A stretch of 63,985 bases of DNA, filler included, from Licmophora abbreviata (taxonomy: Eukaryota): NCBI GenBank assembly GCA_900291995.1. It is 11 parts of 11 records of this genome, joined end to end, with 100 filler letters (N's around TTAATTAATTAA, not from the genome) between each part and the next. Parts side by side here need not be neighbours in the genome. Positions count along the whole stretch, not along the records: positions 29,118 to 37,831 come from OLMU01002996.1; positions 37,932 to 40,933 come from OLMU01002998.1; positions 41,034 to 57,146 come from OLMU01002999.1; 8 more parts are not named here. One strand, written 5' to 3'. This document shows positions 37,260-48,745 of this stretch, piece by piece. How positions within the stretch are numbered: the first letter of the stretch is position 1; each line of letters opens with the position of its first letter. The notes beneath the pieces are model-generated. The model was given only the letters and a program-made list of their open reading frames with translations. It was not told where the DNA came from and did no database searches. The position numbers were made by a program, and so were the translations under genes.

Positions 37260-37831
37260 TTGGGGTTCGTACTGTTGCTGACTTGCATTATAAGTCTCGT
37301 AAATAGTTGTACATCGTTTCTCAGTTTTTACTTGCGTTTTCTGGCGCGAACCCTCGTTTGAATAGAACCCCGCGATCCTGTCACTTCAACTTGTGAAACA
37401 TCGAAGAAGACGAAGAATCTCTGACGAATCTGACGCACCCACTTCACGTGGATACCAAAGATTCCACATTCCATAGAAGGGTACGTAGGATCGACGTACA
37501 ATTGGTAAAGTATCTTCAACTTCAAGGGAATTTTGATCTTGAAGTGCCTCAGAGCCGTCCATTTCTCTGGTAATATATCTACGTATAGTTTCTACAACCT
37601 TCCACATCAGTGCGTCAGTGCAAGTAAAATTTGAAAGACACCGAAAGAGAAGGCGATCACACATTCACCTCGAATTGGCGAAGCAATCTGATCCGTACCT
37701 ACCATGACCGCCGCCGTTGCCGCCATCCCACAGCTGCAAGACCTCCCAGACTCATCTGCCCTGGCTCGCAAGCGTCGTCGTGAGATCCTGCTGACTCAAC
37801 GAACTTGCGCTCCCGAACCTGCGATCTCTTC

Positions 37832-37931
37832 NNNNNNNNNNNNNNNNNNNNNNNNNNNNNNNNNNNNNNNNNNNNTTAATTAATTAANNNNNNNNNNNNN
37901 NNNNNNNNNNNNNNNNNNNNNNNNNNNNNNN
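37832..37931. other. Artificial assembly spacer
   Basis: N-run with TTAATTAATTAA. Confidence 0.98.
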
Positions 37932-38085
37932 GGGATTATGCGTTGATGTGGTGTTTGTTACCATACATCCAAGGAATGAACGAAACAGTTTATACTAGGA
38001 TATTTGGCTTTATTCAACAATTGTTATGAGTTAGTGTACGTACGGCCTTGCCGAGAGCGAGACGACCGAAAATTTACGTCCCATC

Positions 38086-40848
38086 CTACATATTCTTTCG
38101 CTTGCTGCGTCCATTGGCCCAGAGTGCGCCTCGATAGCAAGAGCCGAACGCAATAGACATGATGGTTGAACCGAGCGCTAAGCCGATGATCAGTATCCAC
38201 GGCATTGGCGCTGGCGACCCCTGCCTAGAAAAGCACAGTGGCAAAGTATGGCTGCCTGCGCGTCTCAGTGGATGGCCTTCGGTAGTGAAGACGAATTCGT
38301 CCAGCGCCACATAGTCGTCTGGTCCAAACAGCAACAACAGATACTTGAGCGTTTCTGCAAGAAAGTACGACGGAGTATCATCCACTCGCCCACTGGAAGG
38401 GTCATGCACATTTTCTAGACCTACATAGCCATGTTCGACTCGACAACTCGTTTCAAGGCTCTGAAACACTCTCCACCCCATGTGCTGATACTTGACGTCC
38501 TTGGTCAGACGATAGAGCACGAAGAGGCTCTCTACAAACTCCGGTCGTAGCAGATACTCGTGGCGTCCGCCCTCCCTTGCCAACAGTCTGCCCTTGAGTA
38601 CCCGCGCCTGTTCGGGAGCCAATCCCGAGACAGAGCCCCTGTACGCACGGTAACACCCTTCCAACAGCTGCCTTGCGAGCAGCATCTCTGTTCCTGCAGT
38701 CTCGTCGTTTCCCAGCCTGCCAGCACCAAGCGCTAGCATTCCCGGCACGAAGCAAAGCAAATGGTGAAACTGGTCTCCAAGGTCGACTGGAAAGGAAACA
38801 TTAGCATCACCGTACAGCGCATGCTTTGGTCGAATAGCTTTGGCTACCAGTGTTTGATACAGCGACAACATGGCTCGATCATTCTCACTGCACGACTCTG
38901 ACACGAATGATGCCTTAGGATCTCTCGGCGCACATCCATTGAGCAACGGTTGTTTGACGAGATACTCATAAAAACTATCGGCTCCCGACCCCAGCGCGCC
39001 CCCTCGATTCACTGCCTCCCCTGTCATAACGTTCCAGTAGGTGGGCAGCATGGGCTGATCACTCTCATCGATGCCCTGTCGTTGAGAACTACTTCGATGC
39101 GAGACGTGTCGAAAGATTGCATTGGCAGCTCGTCGATACCGTTCATCCCCAGTGATAGTACTAAGATGGACAAATTCAATGAAGGACCCCACACCCGCAA
39201 GGCTATTGAAATGATGCTCCTGTGTAAACGCATCGCGCCCCCACCGATAGACGGAGGCATACAAGCGATACCAGGCAGCGCGAAAGAGTCCCTCTGATGG
39301 AGCCAGCATATCAAACATACGGGGCAAAACGGTCGGTGAGCTACGAAACGCTCCATCCAACAATGCATCGGCTGCCACTTTTGCTTGCGTCAGTAGTCTT
39401 GCGTCACCCGATAGGCTGTACGCCCCGAGCAATCCGCCGACAATTCGTAAGGAATACTCGAACGTCTTGGTGGGATGGTACGAGGTGGTTTGCAGGTCCC
39501 TCGATACAAACCTCGATACGATTTTATCGTATTCGGTCGTGAGGTTTGCCAGATACAGTGTGTCGAGTGCATCGTGCAACGTGGCGCCATAGTGTAACCA
39601 AGAAGTGGCAGTCTGGGAAAGAGGCGAGGCGTCGTCCGCCGGAATGACACTTGCTAGTGACGACGACGCGAGCGCGACAGTTGTGTATCCTTTCCAGGCA
39701 TGTTGAATGGCATCTCGGACTGCTTCGTATCGGTCCCTGCGCTCTCTGGATAGGGCGTTGAGGTTCGGAGGTGCGATGGGCTGTAGCGTGTGGCAGCGAC
39801 CCTGTTCGTCAAGATCGTGTTGTAGGGACAGTTTCGTGGGAAGCCATTTTCGCAAGGATTGCAGTAACTCCCAGCGATTGTGATTGGGCAAATGCAGAAT
39901 CCAATCCTTGGACTGGTAGAGTTGCTTGGACTGGCCTCGCACGCGACTTTGTAGCCATCTTGCTTCTTCTTCTTCATGCAATGTTGTCGTCGACGACGAC
40001 GACGACGACGACAGGAGATTCACCGCGCATGAAGTATAAGTATGGTTTCGATCAATGGCAGCAATCATGCTGGCCTGGTCGGTAAAGCGATCAAACTGGG
40101 CATCGGTAGTAGAGTATGTTGTCAATGTATCCAAGAGCAAGTCACGAGTCGTCTTGGTATTGAGCAGGAGCATGACACCCGCATTGGGTCCCATTGCGTC
40201 GGAGGCCCATATCAAGCAAATGTCATGAACATCGTGGATGCGCTTCCTGCGAATAATGTAGTCTACGCGATCGTCCAGTGCAACATCCATGTTGGCAAAG
40301 ACAGTATCTCCATCAGTCCATAGCACATAGTCCAAGGAATTTCGGTATGTTTGGAGTATATACAGCAGATAGCGGGTCTTATCGTACATCATCTTGCGTC
40401 GCGGCAGGCTCTGCCATTCCGAAAGCGGGTACAAGTGGGAGTCTGGCGGGAAGGAGCGTTGATTGAAATAGGCATATCCATGCGACGCAGCGTAGTGTTT
40501 CTTGTTGCGATCGAAGCATCGTCCCAGATACCCCCAGAATTTGGGTCCCCGATGAAGCGACACAACAGCGGCGTGTGTCTTGTCGGGGGCAATGAGTTTG
40601 AGGTAGTGGGAAGTTTGGATTCCCAAGTCGATTCGACTCAGAATAACATAGTAGTACGTTTCATGAAGCATCAACAACAACGATAAGGTACCGAATGTAA
40701 GAAAGATACACGAGCGGCAGTGTGAAGGCAGACAATCGATCGGTGGGTCTTGGGACCTTCGTAGTCGCTGTCTGGTCGAGGTGCCACGTTCCCGCCCTTT
40801 CTCCACGTCGAAACCGGCATATCCATCGTCATCCCGTCTTTTTCTCAT
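38086..40848 (-). CDS. Fusion protein: GT34-like (MNN10/GMA12-type) glycosyltransferase + GH47 alpha-1,2-mannosidase, two TM helices
   Basis: Single 920-aa ORF; GT part NKKHYAASHGY, YVLWTDGDT, NAGVMLL, DQ, WILH; GH47 part HAWKGY, DALDTLYL, FEYSLRIVGGLLGAY, GADSFYEYL, RPEFVES, FLAETLKY, FTTEGHP. Confidence 0.88.
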   Translation of the reverse strand: MRKRRDDDGYAGFDVEKGRERGTSTRQRLRRSQDPPIDCLPSHCRSCIFLTFGTLSLLLMLHETYYYVILSRIDLGIQTSHYLKLIAPDKTHAAVVSLHRGPKFWGYLGRCFDRNKKHYAASHGYAYFNQRSFPPDSHLYPLSEWQSLPRRKMMYDKTRYLLYILQTYRNSLDYVLWTDGDTVFANMDVALDDRVDYIIRRKRIHDVHDICLIWASDAMGPNAGVMLLLNTKTTRDLLLDTLTTYSTTDAQFDRFTDQASMIAAIDRNHTYTSCAVNLLSSSSSSSTTTLHEEEEARWLQSRVRGQSKQLYQSKDWILHLPNHNRWELLQSLRKWLPTKLSLQHDLDEQGRCHTLQPIAPPNLNALSRERRDRYEAVRDAIQHAWKGYTTVALASSSLASVIPADDASPLSQTATSWLHYGATLHDALDTLYLANLTTEYDKIVSRFVSRDLQTTSYHPTKTFEYSLRIVGGLLGAYSLSGDARLLTQAKVAADALLDGAFRSSPTVLPRMFDMLAPSEGLFRAAWYRLYASVYRWGRDAFTQEHHFNSLAGVGSFIEFVHLSTITGDERYRRAANAIFRHVSHRSSSQRQGIDESDQPMLPTYWNVMTGEAVNRGGALGSGADSFYEYLVKQPLLNGCAPRDPKASFVSESCSENDRAMLSLYQTLVAKAIRPKHALYGDANVSFPVDLGDQFHHLLCFVPGMLALGAGRLGNDETAGTEMLLARQLLEGCYRAYRGSVSGLAPEQARVLKGRLLAREGGRHEYLLRPEFVESLFVLYRLTKDVKYQHMGWRVFQSLETSCRVEHGYVGLENVHDPSSGRVDDTPSYFLAETLKYLLLLFGPDDYVALDEFVFTTEGHPLRRAGSHTLPLCFSRQGSPAPMPWILIIGLALGSTIMSIAFGSCYRGALWANGRSKRKNM

Positions 40849-40933
40849 CTCCTCTTGTCTATCTCATTCTCGATACTCAATTTATTCGTAGTACAGTATG
40901 ATTCGCATCACTGCACAACGAAATCTGATGATG

Positions 40934-41033
40934 NNNNNNNNNNNNNNNNNNNNNNNNNNNNNNNNNNNNNNNNNNNNTTAATTAATTAANNNNNNNNNNN
41001 NNNNNNNNNNNNNNNNNNNNNNNNNNNNNNNNN
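40934..41033. other. Artificial assembly spacer
   Basis: N-run with TTAATTAATTAA. Confidence 0.98.
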
Positions 41034-41045
41034 CTTTTATTCATC

Positions 41046-42877
41046 ATGTCACAGCAGGAAAGACCTCGGCAACGGAAGAACAAGCGGCGGAGAAGCGAGT
41101 CTTCTCCGCACGACCAAGAGACGGTCGCCAGGATCACTCAGTCTCTACCGATCCTCTTGTATCAACGTCAGACAGGCCAATGCAAGTGCGGGCGTAGGTC
41201 TTGGCAGTCGCGAATGACCCGACAGGCAGACGGCGGCGCCAAGAACTGGAGACCGTATGTCAAAGAGAAAGAGCTTTCGATACCCTTTTCGGCATTGGAC
41301 ACCCCCACGATGGAGGCTGTACTTGCAATCGATCCCACCGGATCCACCATTGTCAGTCTGGGTGGACGCGATGGCTCTGATGACCCATGGCTCTTTTTGA
41401 GGTCTTATGGTGAGCCACTAGCGTAAATACTCTCATGTCAAGAGAAACTGGATCGCATCGCATCGCATCGCATCGTGACTTCGTTTGCTGATGACTATAC
41501 AATCACACACGTTCTACTGCCATGACTTGCAGGGGTACCAAGCGGCGCTCAATTCAAGGCGAGAGATACGGGAAATAGCCGTGTGCATCGGCGAGCGCTG
41601 TGTCCCTTGTTGAAACAGACGCCGTTGCTACAACACAGCATATCCGAGAGTAGTAGCAGGTGCGTTGCTTGTGCTTGTGCATTCTACGTCCCTTATGCTG
41701 CCCGTCTAACATTCGACTTATATCTTGTGGACCTTTCGGATATTAACAGTCTATCCGAAGAAGGAGGCGTCTCGCCTATTGAGTCGGTGCCTGTTTTTTT
41801 GGTCATGTCATGGGATTGGAGTATTGGAATGGCATTCCTATTTAGCGATAGCGATACAACGCCGGTACGTTCGTGTGTCATACCCTCGTGCGCGCGAGAG
41901 ACATATGTTCATAGTTTTCATCTGCAATATTATGCAAGGAGCAAGCGGGCGGCACTGTCGTTCTCTTCTCTTTGCGTGGTGGACCAGCATCGAAATCGAC
42001 AAAGAGCTACGTTTGCTCCAACGTTCGAATCGGAGGTCTCAGATCCCACGAGCGTGCCATGCGGAATCTACTCTGGCCCACGAGCCACATTCCCGCCTTC
42101 GGCTCATCCGTCGACAATGAGCCGTTGCTACTAGGTCACAACACGGCTGCTTATCTTTGTTTGAATGATGAAATGGATGGCTTTCGCATGACGTGGGTCA
42201 CGCTGGGCGAATGGATTGTGCATACGGACAAGGCGTGCCACGAGCCAACGCCACCCATGCGTCGCCATACGCCGAAGCGAACCGACGTTATTGTGCCCGT
42301 AGCTACCGGCTCGAGCTGGGAAGAATTAGAATGGACTGCTCGTGATGATGACGATCACATGGACTGCGAATCCGATGGCATGTTGGATCCTCCGCAATTG
42401 GAGGTCGTGGCGGAATCGTATTTCCACGTGGATGCCTTGCTAGATGATATCCGAATGAGACGACCAAGGCTCTTTGGCTGCCATGTAAGGACTATCCCAG
42501 AGTTCGCATACAACCTCGTTTCCGTTCAAGACAACGGAAGGGTGCTTCTGATATGCATCGCGTTCGACAAACCCACATCATCAAACGAAACAACCGAGCG
42601 TATCGGTGTGACTGTTGGCATCGACGTGATCTCTGAGACATACGATGAAGTCGAGTGGGTGAAGCTGAAGTTCAATGAAAGACCAGTGCCACTTCAAGTG
42701 GCGTGTAACTTCATGGCTACCAGAGTTCGAGCGAGCGAGATGGAACACTGGCCCTACGATACGACAACGTCAAATTACTGGCAGTCCAGTGCCCTGAACA
42801 ACCACGCCGTCCGGACGCGTATGCCGGCCAGATTCTTTCGCTGTGTTGACTCTGCGGTAGAAATCGAATACGACTAG
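41046..42877 (+). CDS. Hypothetical multi-exon protein
   Basis: Successive + ORFs linked by plausible GT-AG introns (41410-41532, 41660-41748, about 41865-41937); 300-codon terminal exon. Confidence 0.6.
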
Positions 42878-42919
42878 CTACCATGATAGTTTCGATATGA
42901 TGTTATGGGTGCAGATACT

Positions 42920-44221
42920 CTAGTACGATTCTTGAATGGCAATATCTGCCCTCACAGCTGCTTCCAACGCCTCGTGCCCCGCCATCGCCATCTGAACAGC
43001 GTTCCGACTGTACGTGACCAGACCACTCGCTTTCTCCACCCGCCCGTCGGGAAGTGTCAGATCCACAATGCTTGTTGGATTCGTACTGTCTTCCAATTGC
43101 GATACCCTCAAGATATTGATCGCAGTGTGCGGTGCGCGGCGTTGATAGTTGGACAGAAAGAGCTGATCGTCCGACAACTGATCCACTTCTTCCTGGTTCC
43201 CATTCATAATCATCATGGAACGCAGCCAGCTCTGCGGTGGGAGTTGACCATAGGCTGGTTTATCTACTGGATGGATAAGATCTCGCGTGTAAGCTGGATG
43301 GAAATGCACCAAGCTGAAAATGTCGTCCCCGCGATACAAACAGAGGCTTCGACTGACGAGCTCGGTGACAGCAGCGAATCGGTCGTGCGCCTCTCGGGAT
43401 AGACCGGGTGCAACAGCAGGTATCGACAGCACCGTGGAACTTATGCCATCTTCAGGTACTGCCAGCAGTTCGCAAATGCTATTCCAAAAGGAAGATAGTG
43501 CACCGCAGGCGTCAGAAGCAGGGGAATAGCGGTAGACGACTGGCCCCGGTGACGCCGACTCGGCTGTCGTCATGTAAGGGCACGCACGATAGCCCACCAC
43601 CACTCGCTCCACAAAGGACTTCATGGCAGCCATACAGGTTGCTTCATTGAGTCCGGCCGAGACCGCCTGTCGATTTCTTGCTTCTGCTTGTTCCTCCGGG
43701 CCTCGCGCGCCCACTTCGATGAGTAATGCTGGACCGACGCCTTTGCCTACAAGCGACACACTTATTCGGTTGAGCTCTGGCATGCCATTCATAAGCCGAT
43801 CCTGTGTTTTGAGAACTAGAAAGTCGTTGACAAAGGACTGAAGCGCGGGCATTGGAATGGACTCCAATACGAGACACGCCCTCTGTTCGTCATCTTGGTC
43901 GCTTAGCTCCGCCATGGTAGTCCAGAGAGCTGCCTGCAGCGTGTGGACCTGATCCGCGTCGCACCCCAGCAGAGGGACTCCTTCGACTTGCATGTCTCGA
44001 AGTAAAGCCTGAAAAAGGTTCTCCCGTCGTTCTGGAGTGAGTTCGTCTATAGCATTCTGCTCCATGCCGCCGCCAGGGGATTCAGCGTGTGGCGGAGGAC
44101 GAGGACGTGTCGCCGTAAAGGTCGATCTAAACAGCGCCAAAGGTCTCGCCACGTAGCCCAAGCATGTTTCGAACGTAATGAGGAGACCAAGGGTAGTGAG
44201 AGCCTTCATGATTGGACGCAA
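42920..44221 (-). CDS. DUF1415-like protein with probable plastid presequence
   Basis: FVERVVVGYRACPY, LVHFHP, NYQRRAPHTAINILR resemble DUF1415; hydrophobic signal peptide ending CLG-Y. Confidence 0.65.
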   Translation of the reverse strand: MRPIMKALTTLGLLITFETCLGYVARPLALFRSTFTATRPRPPPHAESPGGGMEQNAIDELTPERRENLFQALLRDMQVEGVPLLGCDADQVHTLQAALWTTMAELSDQDDEQRACLVLESIPMPALQSFVNDFLVLKTQDRLMNGMPELNRISVSLVGKGVGPALLIEVGARGPEEQAEARNRQAVSAGLNEATCMAAMKSFVERVVVGYRACPYMTTAESASPGPVVYRYSPASDACGALSSFWNSICELLAVPEDGISSTVLSIPAVAPGLSREAHDRFAAVTELVSRSLCLYRGDDIFSLVHFHPAYTRDLIHPVDKPAYGQLPPQSWLRSMMIMNGNQEEVDQLSDDQLFLSNYQRRAPHTAINILRVSQLEDSTNPTSIVDLTLPDGRVEKASGLVTYSRNAVQMAMAGHEALEAAVRADIAIQESY

Positions 44222-44859
44222 TGAGAGGCAGCAGCAGGGGAGATTGCAGATCCTGGCAATGTGGATGATAGCTGATCTGAATCTGAATTTTCAATTTGGT
44301 CGAACGGCGTGCCATCAAAAAATATTGAGAGGTCCTTCCGTCTTCCGTCAGTCAGCTCCGAAAATTGAAAATTCGAAATTTCTCCCAAAAGCACAACATA
44401 AACACCGAGCTCATCATGATCATGCACACGACATCATGATCCGGCCGGAGAGCACGTACGAGTACACATAGTACGCTCTTTTGGGTGACACGTATACACG
44501 TGACACCCATTGAGTGTCGTAAATCTTGCGACTATCGTGTCTTGACTTAGGCGTCGTGTGTTACGAAACAATTGCAGCAACCCTCGATTTGGGATGCTGG
44601 AAACGTCGCCACAGAGTCCTTGATGTCTTGCGGCGGAGAAGTCGTCGTCGTCAGTTCCCCCCGTTTGACTTGCAGTCATGAATTGGAAAGTTAAACTCAC
44701 AAACAAAGACATCACGTCAACTCATCATGATATAACTGTGTTGACAGATCCTCCCGTTCATTCACCCTACGAACAAGTTGAAGATATCATACACTCTGTG
44801 CGTGTGAAGCTAAATTACGAGTACTTAGCTATATATGACTTCTTACTAATTGGACGGAC

Positions 44860-45879
44860 TCAGACTGCGGCAACCTTCCCGTCAAACACCGTTTCGTCCT
44901 CCTGTCCCTCATCCTGTTCCCGGGCATCTTCCGTGCTATTGCGATGAAAGTGAAGTAGCAGATTAGCAAGGGCATCTGTCTGACCAGTGGGTGCTGCTTC
45001 GCGCTTGATTCGCTTGCTACGGTGGCTCCGAGTGACGGGACACGGTAGCGACGGGGCGTCAAGCTCTGCAGCTATCGTGAACTCTTGACCGGCGGAGTAC
45101 ACCATTTGACGCGCGTCATGGATGTATTCGTCACGCCGTTCCACCGGCGCACAATAGTCAACATTGTAGTGCTGCTGTGTGCTACCACTCGCCTCCGCAA
45201 AGAAACGATGGAGTTCATTGATCAACGCATAATTGGGATGCGATTTGGTCGCCCGCTCCTTGGCCAGCTGTAACAATGTCTCGCCGGACGGCGTGGTTTC
45301 GTACAGCGACGACGGGTAGGCCTCCAGCAACATGCGAAGCTTTTCCGGAGAGCAATGTCTGCTGCAAGCCACGTGAATCGGAAGCCATCCATTTTTGTCG
45401 CGCATATAACATGCACGTGGCGCCATGTCAATCATGTGCTTGACGAGGTTTGGAGACGTATAGTCTGTGAAGATGATATGAAGTGGACAGCGCTGGCCCA
45501 CGCCACCGGCTTCTAGGAGTGATGCAGGGTAGGCTTGAATAAGTGCGAGAATGAGACGCTCCTTGGTTTGGGAGTCCATCTTGGTGTTGCGCTGCGTAAT
45601 GACGTGCAAGGGAAGAGAGTTGTACCCGTTCCGAATGGACGCAGCTCGAGGTGCCATGCGGAGAATGGTCATAATAACATGCTCTCGCACCTTGGTGTCG
45701 CTCTTGCTGTTGATCGCTTGATGCACAATCGTGGTGGCAATGTGATTGTCCATGATCATTCGCGTCGTGGCCAACGACGGGTTGTGCTCGAGATGAAGCA
45801 ACACTTGGTGCCAATCGCTGGATCGACAAAGGCGAATGATAATTGCGTCGGGGTCTACTTCGGATCGTCGTTTGGGCAT
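44860..45879 (-). CDS. Ankyrin-repeat-like protein
   Basis: Repeated LPLH/CPLH/LPIHVAC and LL.AYP units, GETLLQLA. Confidence 0.8.
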   Translation of the reverse strand: MPKRRSEVDPDAIIIRLCRSSDWHQVLLHLEHNPSLATTRMIMDNHIATTIVHQAINSKSDTKVREHVIMTILRMAPRAASIRNGYNSLPLHVITQRNTKMDSQTKERLILALIQAYPASLLEAGGVGQRCPLHIIFTDYTSPNLVKHMIDMAPRACYMRDKNGWLPIHVACSRHCSPEKLRMLLEAYPSSLYETTPSGETLLQLAKERATKSHPNYALINELHRFFAEASGSTQQHYNVDYCAPVERRDEYIHDARQMVYSAGQEFTIAAELDAPSLPCPVTRSHRSKRIKREAAPTGQTDALANLLLHFHRNSTEDAREQDEGQEDETVFDGKVAAV

Positions 45880-45916
45880 GATGGTCTGCACGAGGGTAGA
45901 ATGGACAGAGTCGTGA

Positions 45917-45940
45917 CGAGTGAGTGAGTGAGTGAGTGAG
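45917..45940. repeat. (GAGT)n tetranucleotide microsatellite
   Basis: gagtgagtgagtgagtgagtgag. Confidence 0.85.
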
Positions 45941-46408
45941 ATACGGATATGTGAGCGACAACACCTCCGCTGCAACGAGGAGTGCACCTCCATCCACGAT
46001 GCGAGACGCTGACGATACACGCACCGTGGAGAGTGAGGTTCTTAATGCTAGCGTGGGCGTGGGCACTCCTTTGATTCTTTCGAAGGATGATCCACGATAT
46101 GAGTTATGTGAATAGTGAGGTCTTTCGTCAATAGCGTGTTGAGATTCCTGAACTCATCAGTTGTGTGCAAAATGGACTGAAAATGTGAGCTCAGTTGGAT
46201 GTCGGGTTTGGCAAACTAGACGCGATGGCCTGGCGTTAAGTAACTTATGTCCTATGACATCTTCAGACATTTTCGGTGTTGGGCGCGCGCGTTGTGGCTC
46301 ATCATCATTTTTCGCAATGGCGACGAGGAAGACGACGGTGCCTTTGTATCGTCTTGCGGCGCTTCTTCCTTTCAAGTCTGATCATTTATCGCTTATAATT
46401 AAGCTCGG

Positions 46409-48396
46409 ATGATAAACAGCATCATGTCAGACACGGACGTGAAAAGTTCAGAGGAGATTCAGTCCAAGGAAACAGAAACGGCCGAAATCAAAACTGAGGT
46501 CACTCCCATCCTTGAGGAGGTCACTTCTGACTCGTGGCAAGAAGATGGGCCGCGTGTACAAGAGTCAGCGACCGTCGCACCTGTCATTAAGGAACCAGTA
46601 GCAGCGCCTTCCGTTACGCTCGATCGGAAGAAGGAGTTGTTGCTTCAGGCTCGAGCGAATCGTCTTGCTTGGATTCAGTCGGTGCCTCTTCCCTACGAGA
46701 ACGCCACCGTCGACGTGTCGTCGCCGTCCGACCGAGTCAACGCTGATTACCTTTCCTCTCTCCAATCAACACATGCCATTCATAAGCTCCCATCACTTTC
46801 GAAGGTGTTGTCCACGCTATACGGCGCGGACGACAATGGTTTGTCGACGCCCGAGGACAACTCAGATCGAATTCAGAGGGTGGTGAGTCGAATCGAATCT
46901 TGACGAACTTTGCGGTGTACAGTGCGACGTACTCGTAGATGAGAACCTGCTACTTCTTCTACCCTGCCTCACTTATTACCAAATGGTTCTCTTCTCCTCA
47001 GCTTGACTCGTTGGGCATTTCGCAAGCTGATCGAGACCTCGCAATTCGGACTGGAAATCAAGCAATGGAGGAAGAATTGTCGACGACGACTGCGGACGGA
47101 CAGTTGGATCTCTTGCGACACTATCGCGAATTTGTCACTAGACTGGAACTACCAGAGTGTGCGAGCCTGGTACAGGGGATGCGAAACTTTGTCTTCAAGC
47201 TGTCTGCTGAGACTGCTGACAATCTAGCGTCGTCACTGCGAACGTATACAGAATCGACCTTTGAGGTAATCAAGACTCATCCGGCTTGGACGGAGAGTGG
47301 ACTCGACGATCCGGTTCGGCAAGCTTTTGAGTCCTTCATGTATGGGCAGTGCCGAGACAAGATCGCGGCCCAATTGGTAGCGGAGAAACAGCAGGATAAC
47401 GAAATTCTTGAACGATTCGCGAGCCTGCACTTTCTGACACCGTCCCATCTCGAAATTGCATGCCTTTCGGACGACGAGGACATTGGCAGACTGCTGTCGG
47501 AGCCCGTGGAGGCCCTCAATTCAATGACCCGCTTCCATTCACCTTACGCCAAGTTGCAGCGAATTCTGAAAGTCTACCACGGCATCAATTCAGCCTTGAA
47601 AGTAGCTTTGAATCGCGGCAATGAGTCCGCTTCGACGCTGCCGAGTGCCGACGACGTCTTGCCGACTCTAATTCTGACGGTGATCCATGCCCGACCGTCT
47701 CACTTAATATCGAATCTCCGCATGATTGAAGTTTTTGCTGCCCCTGAATATCTGCGAGGGGAGGCAGGATACGCATTTACGAACCTGTACAGCGCCGTCC
47801 AGTTTATTCGAGACTTGAAGATGGACAATCCAGATACGCTGGCTATTGACGCCGATGACTTCAGGAAAGGCATGGAGGAATACCGCAGTGCGTGTGAAGC
47901 AAGTGTGAAAAAGTTATCCGCCCTTTGCAGTACTGAAGACAACGATACGGAAGGAATTATGGAGTATCCTACATTGCCGCTAGATATTCCTGTTAGTGAC
48001 ATTCGAGCTGCACGGCTTCGAGGTGAAGCGGTTGACGTGGACTGGGCCTTGAGGTGGCAGCTCAATCAAGTGGCTGATGCCGGAGAGCTATCCCCATCCG
48101 GCGAAAGCGCGTGGCAGGAGGAAAGCGTTTCTAACGGCCTTCCGGCAGGATTCTCTCGCTCTTACTCGTTTCTCACAAGTCGACCGGAAGATATTCATGT
48201 CGCTGATCTGCGGCATCTACTCAAGGAGTACCGCATGTTAGTTCATACGACGGAACACTTGCTTGCCGAACAGACGACTCGTCTATCAGCGGAGCGTAAA
48301 GAACGAGTATCGAAAGAGCGCAAGGCGTTGCTGGATGCTGCAGCTGACGTCGACCCGAGCCTATTGCGAAGGTCGAAACGTAAATCGAAAGTGTAG
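46409..48396 (+). CDS. VPS9-domain Rab5 guanine nucleotide exchange factor; 2 exons
   Basis: SPYAKLQRI, SADDVLPTLI, LISNL, GEAGYAFTNLYSAVQFI; intron about 46883-47001. Confidence 0.9.
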
Positions 48397-48745
48397 CATG
48401 GCTCCTTAGTGTTTGCTATCTTATCGTTGATTGTATGTTACTTTCAACATATTATTCCATACTCCCGTTCGACTCATGTATCGCGACAAGTCGAAGACAG
48501 AAGACTGCTATCATAGCTTGGGTGGAGGGTGAGTCGAATGTTTCATTTCATTCGAAAGAGTCGAGTCGAATCATTAGTCGGCTCGGCATCCCAAAATGTC
48601 ATTTTCAGAATATGACGTCACAGGTGTCAGCACAGAAAAAGTGTCAACGCATCAGCGTTTGAAACTGTGAGAAAGACAACACAAAACACGGAAGAAGCGA
48701 AGTCCATCGCTATTGCGCCACAAAAAGCGTTCTTTGCTCAATCAA

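Noticed and set aside
37320..37831. Short minus-strand ORFs after P5CS
   Set aside because: May be the 3' end of a gene cut by the gap; no identifiable motif
39984..40012. (GAC)n run in the GT34-GH47 gene as a junction or misassembly
   Set aside because: In-frame Ser/Thr microsatellite inside the GT domain; GT motifs continue after it
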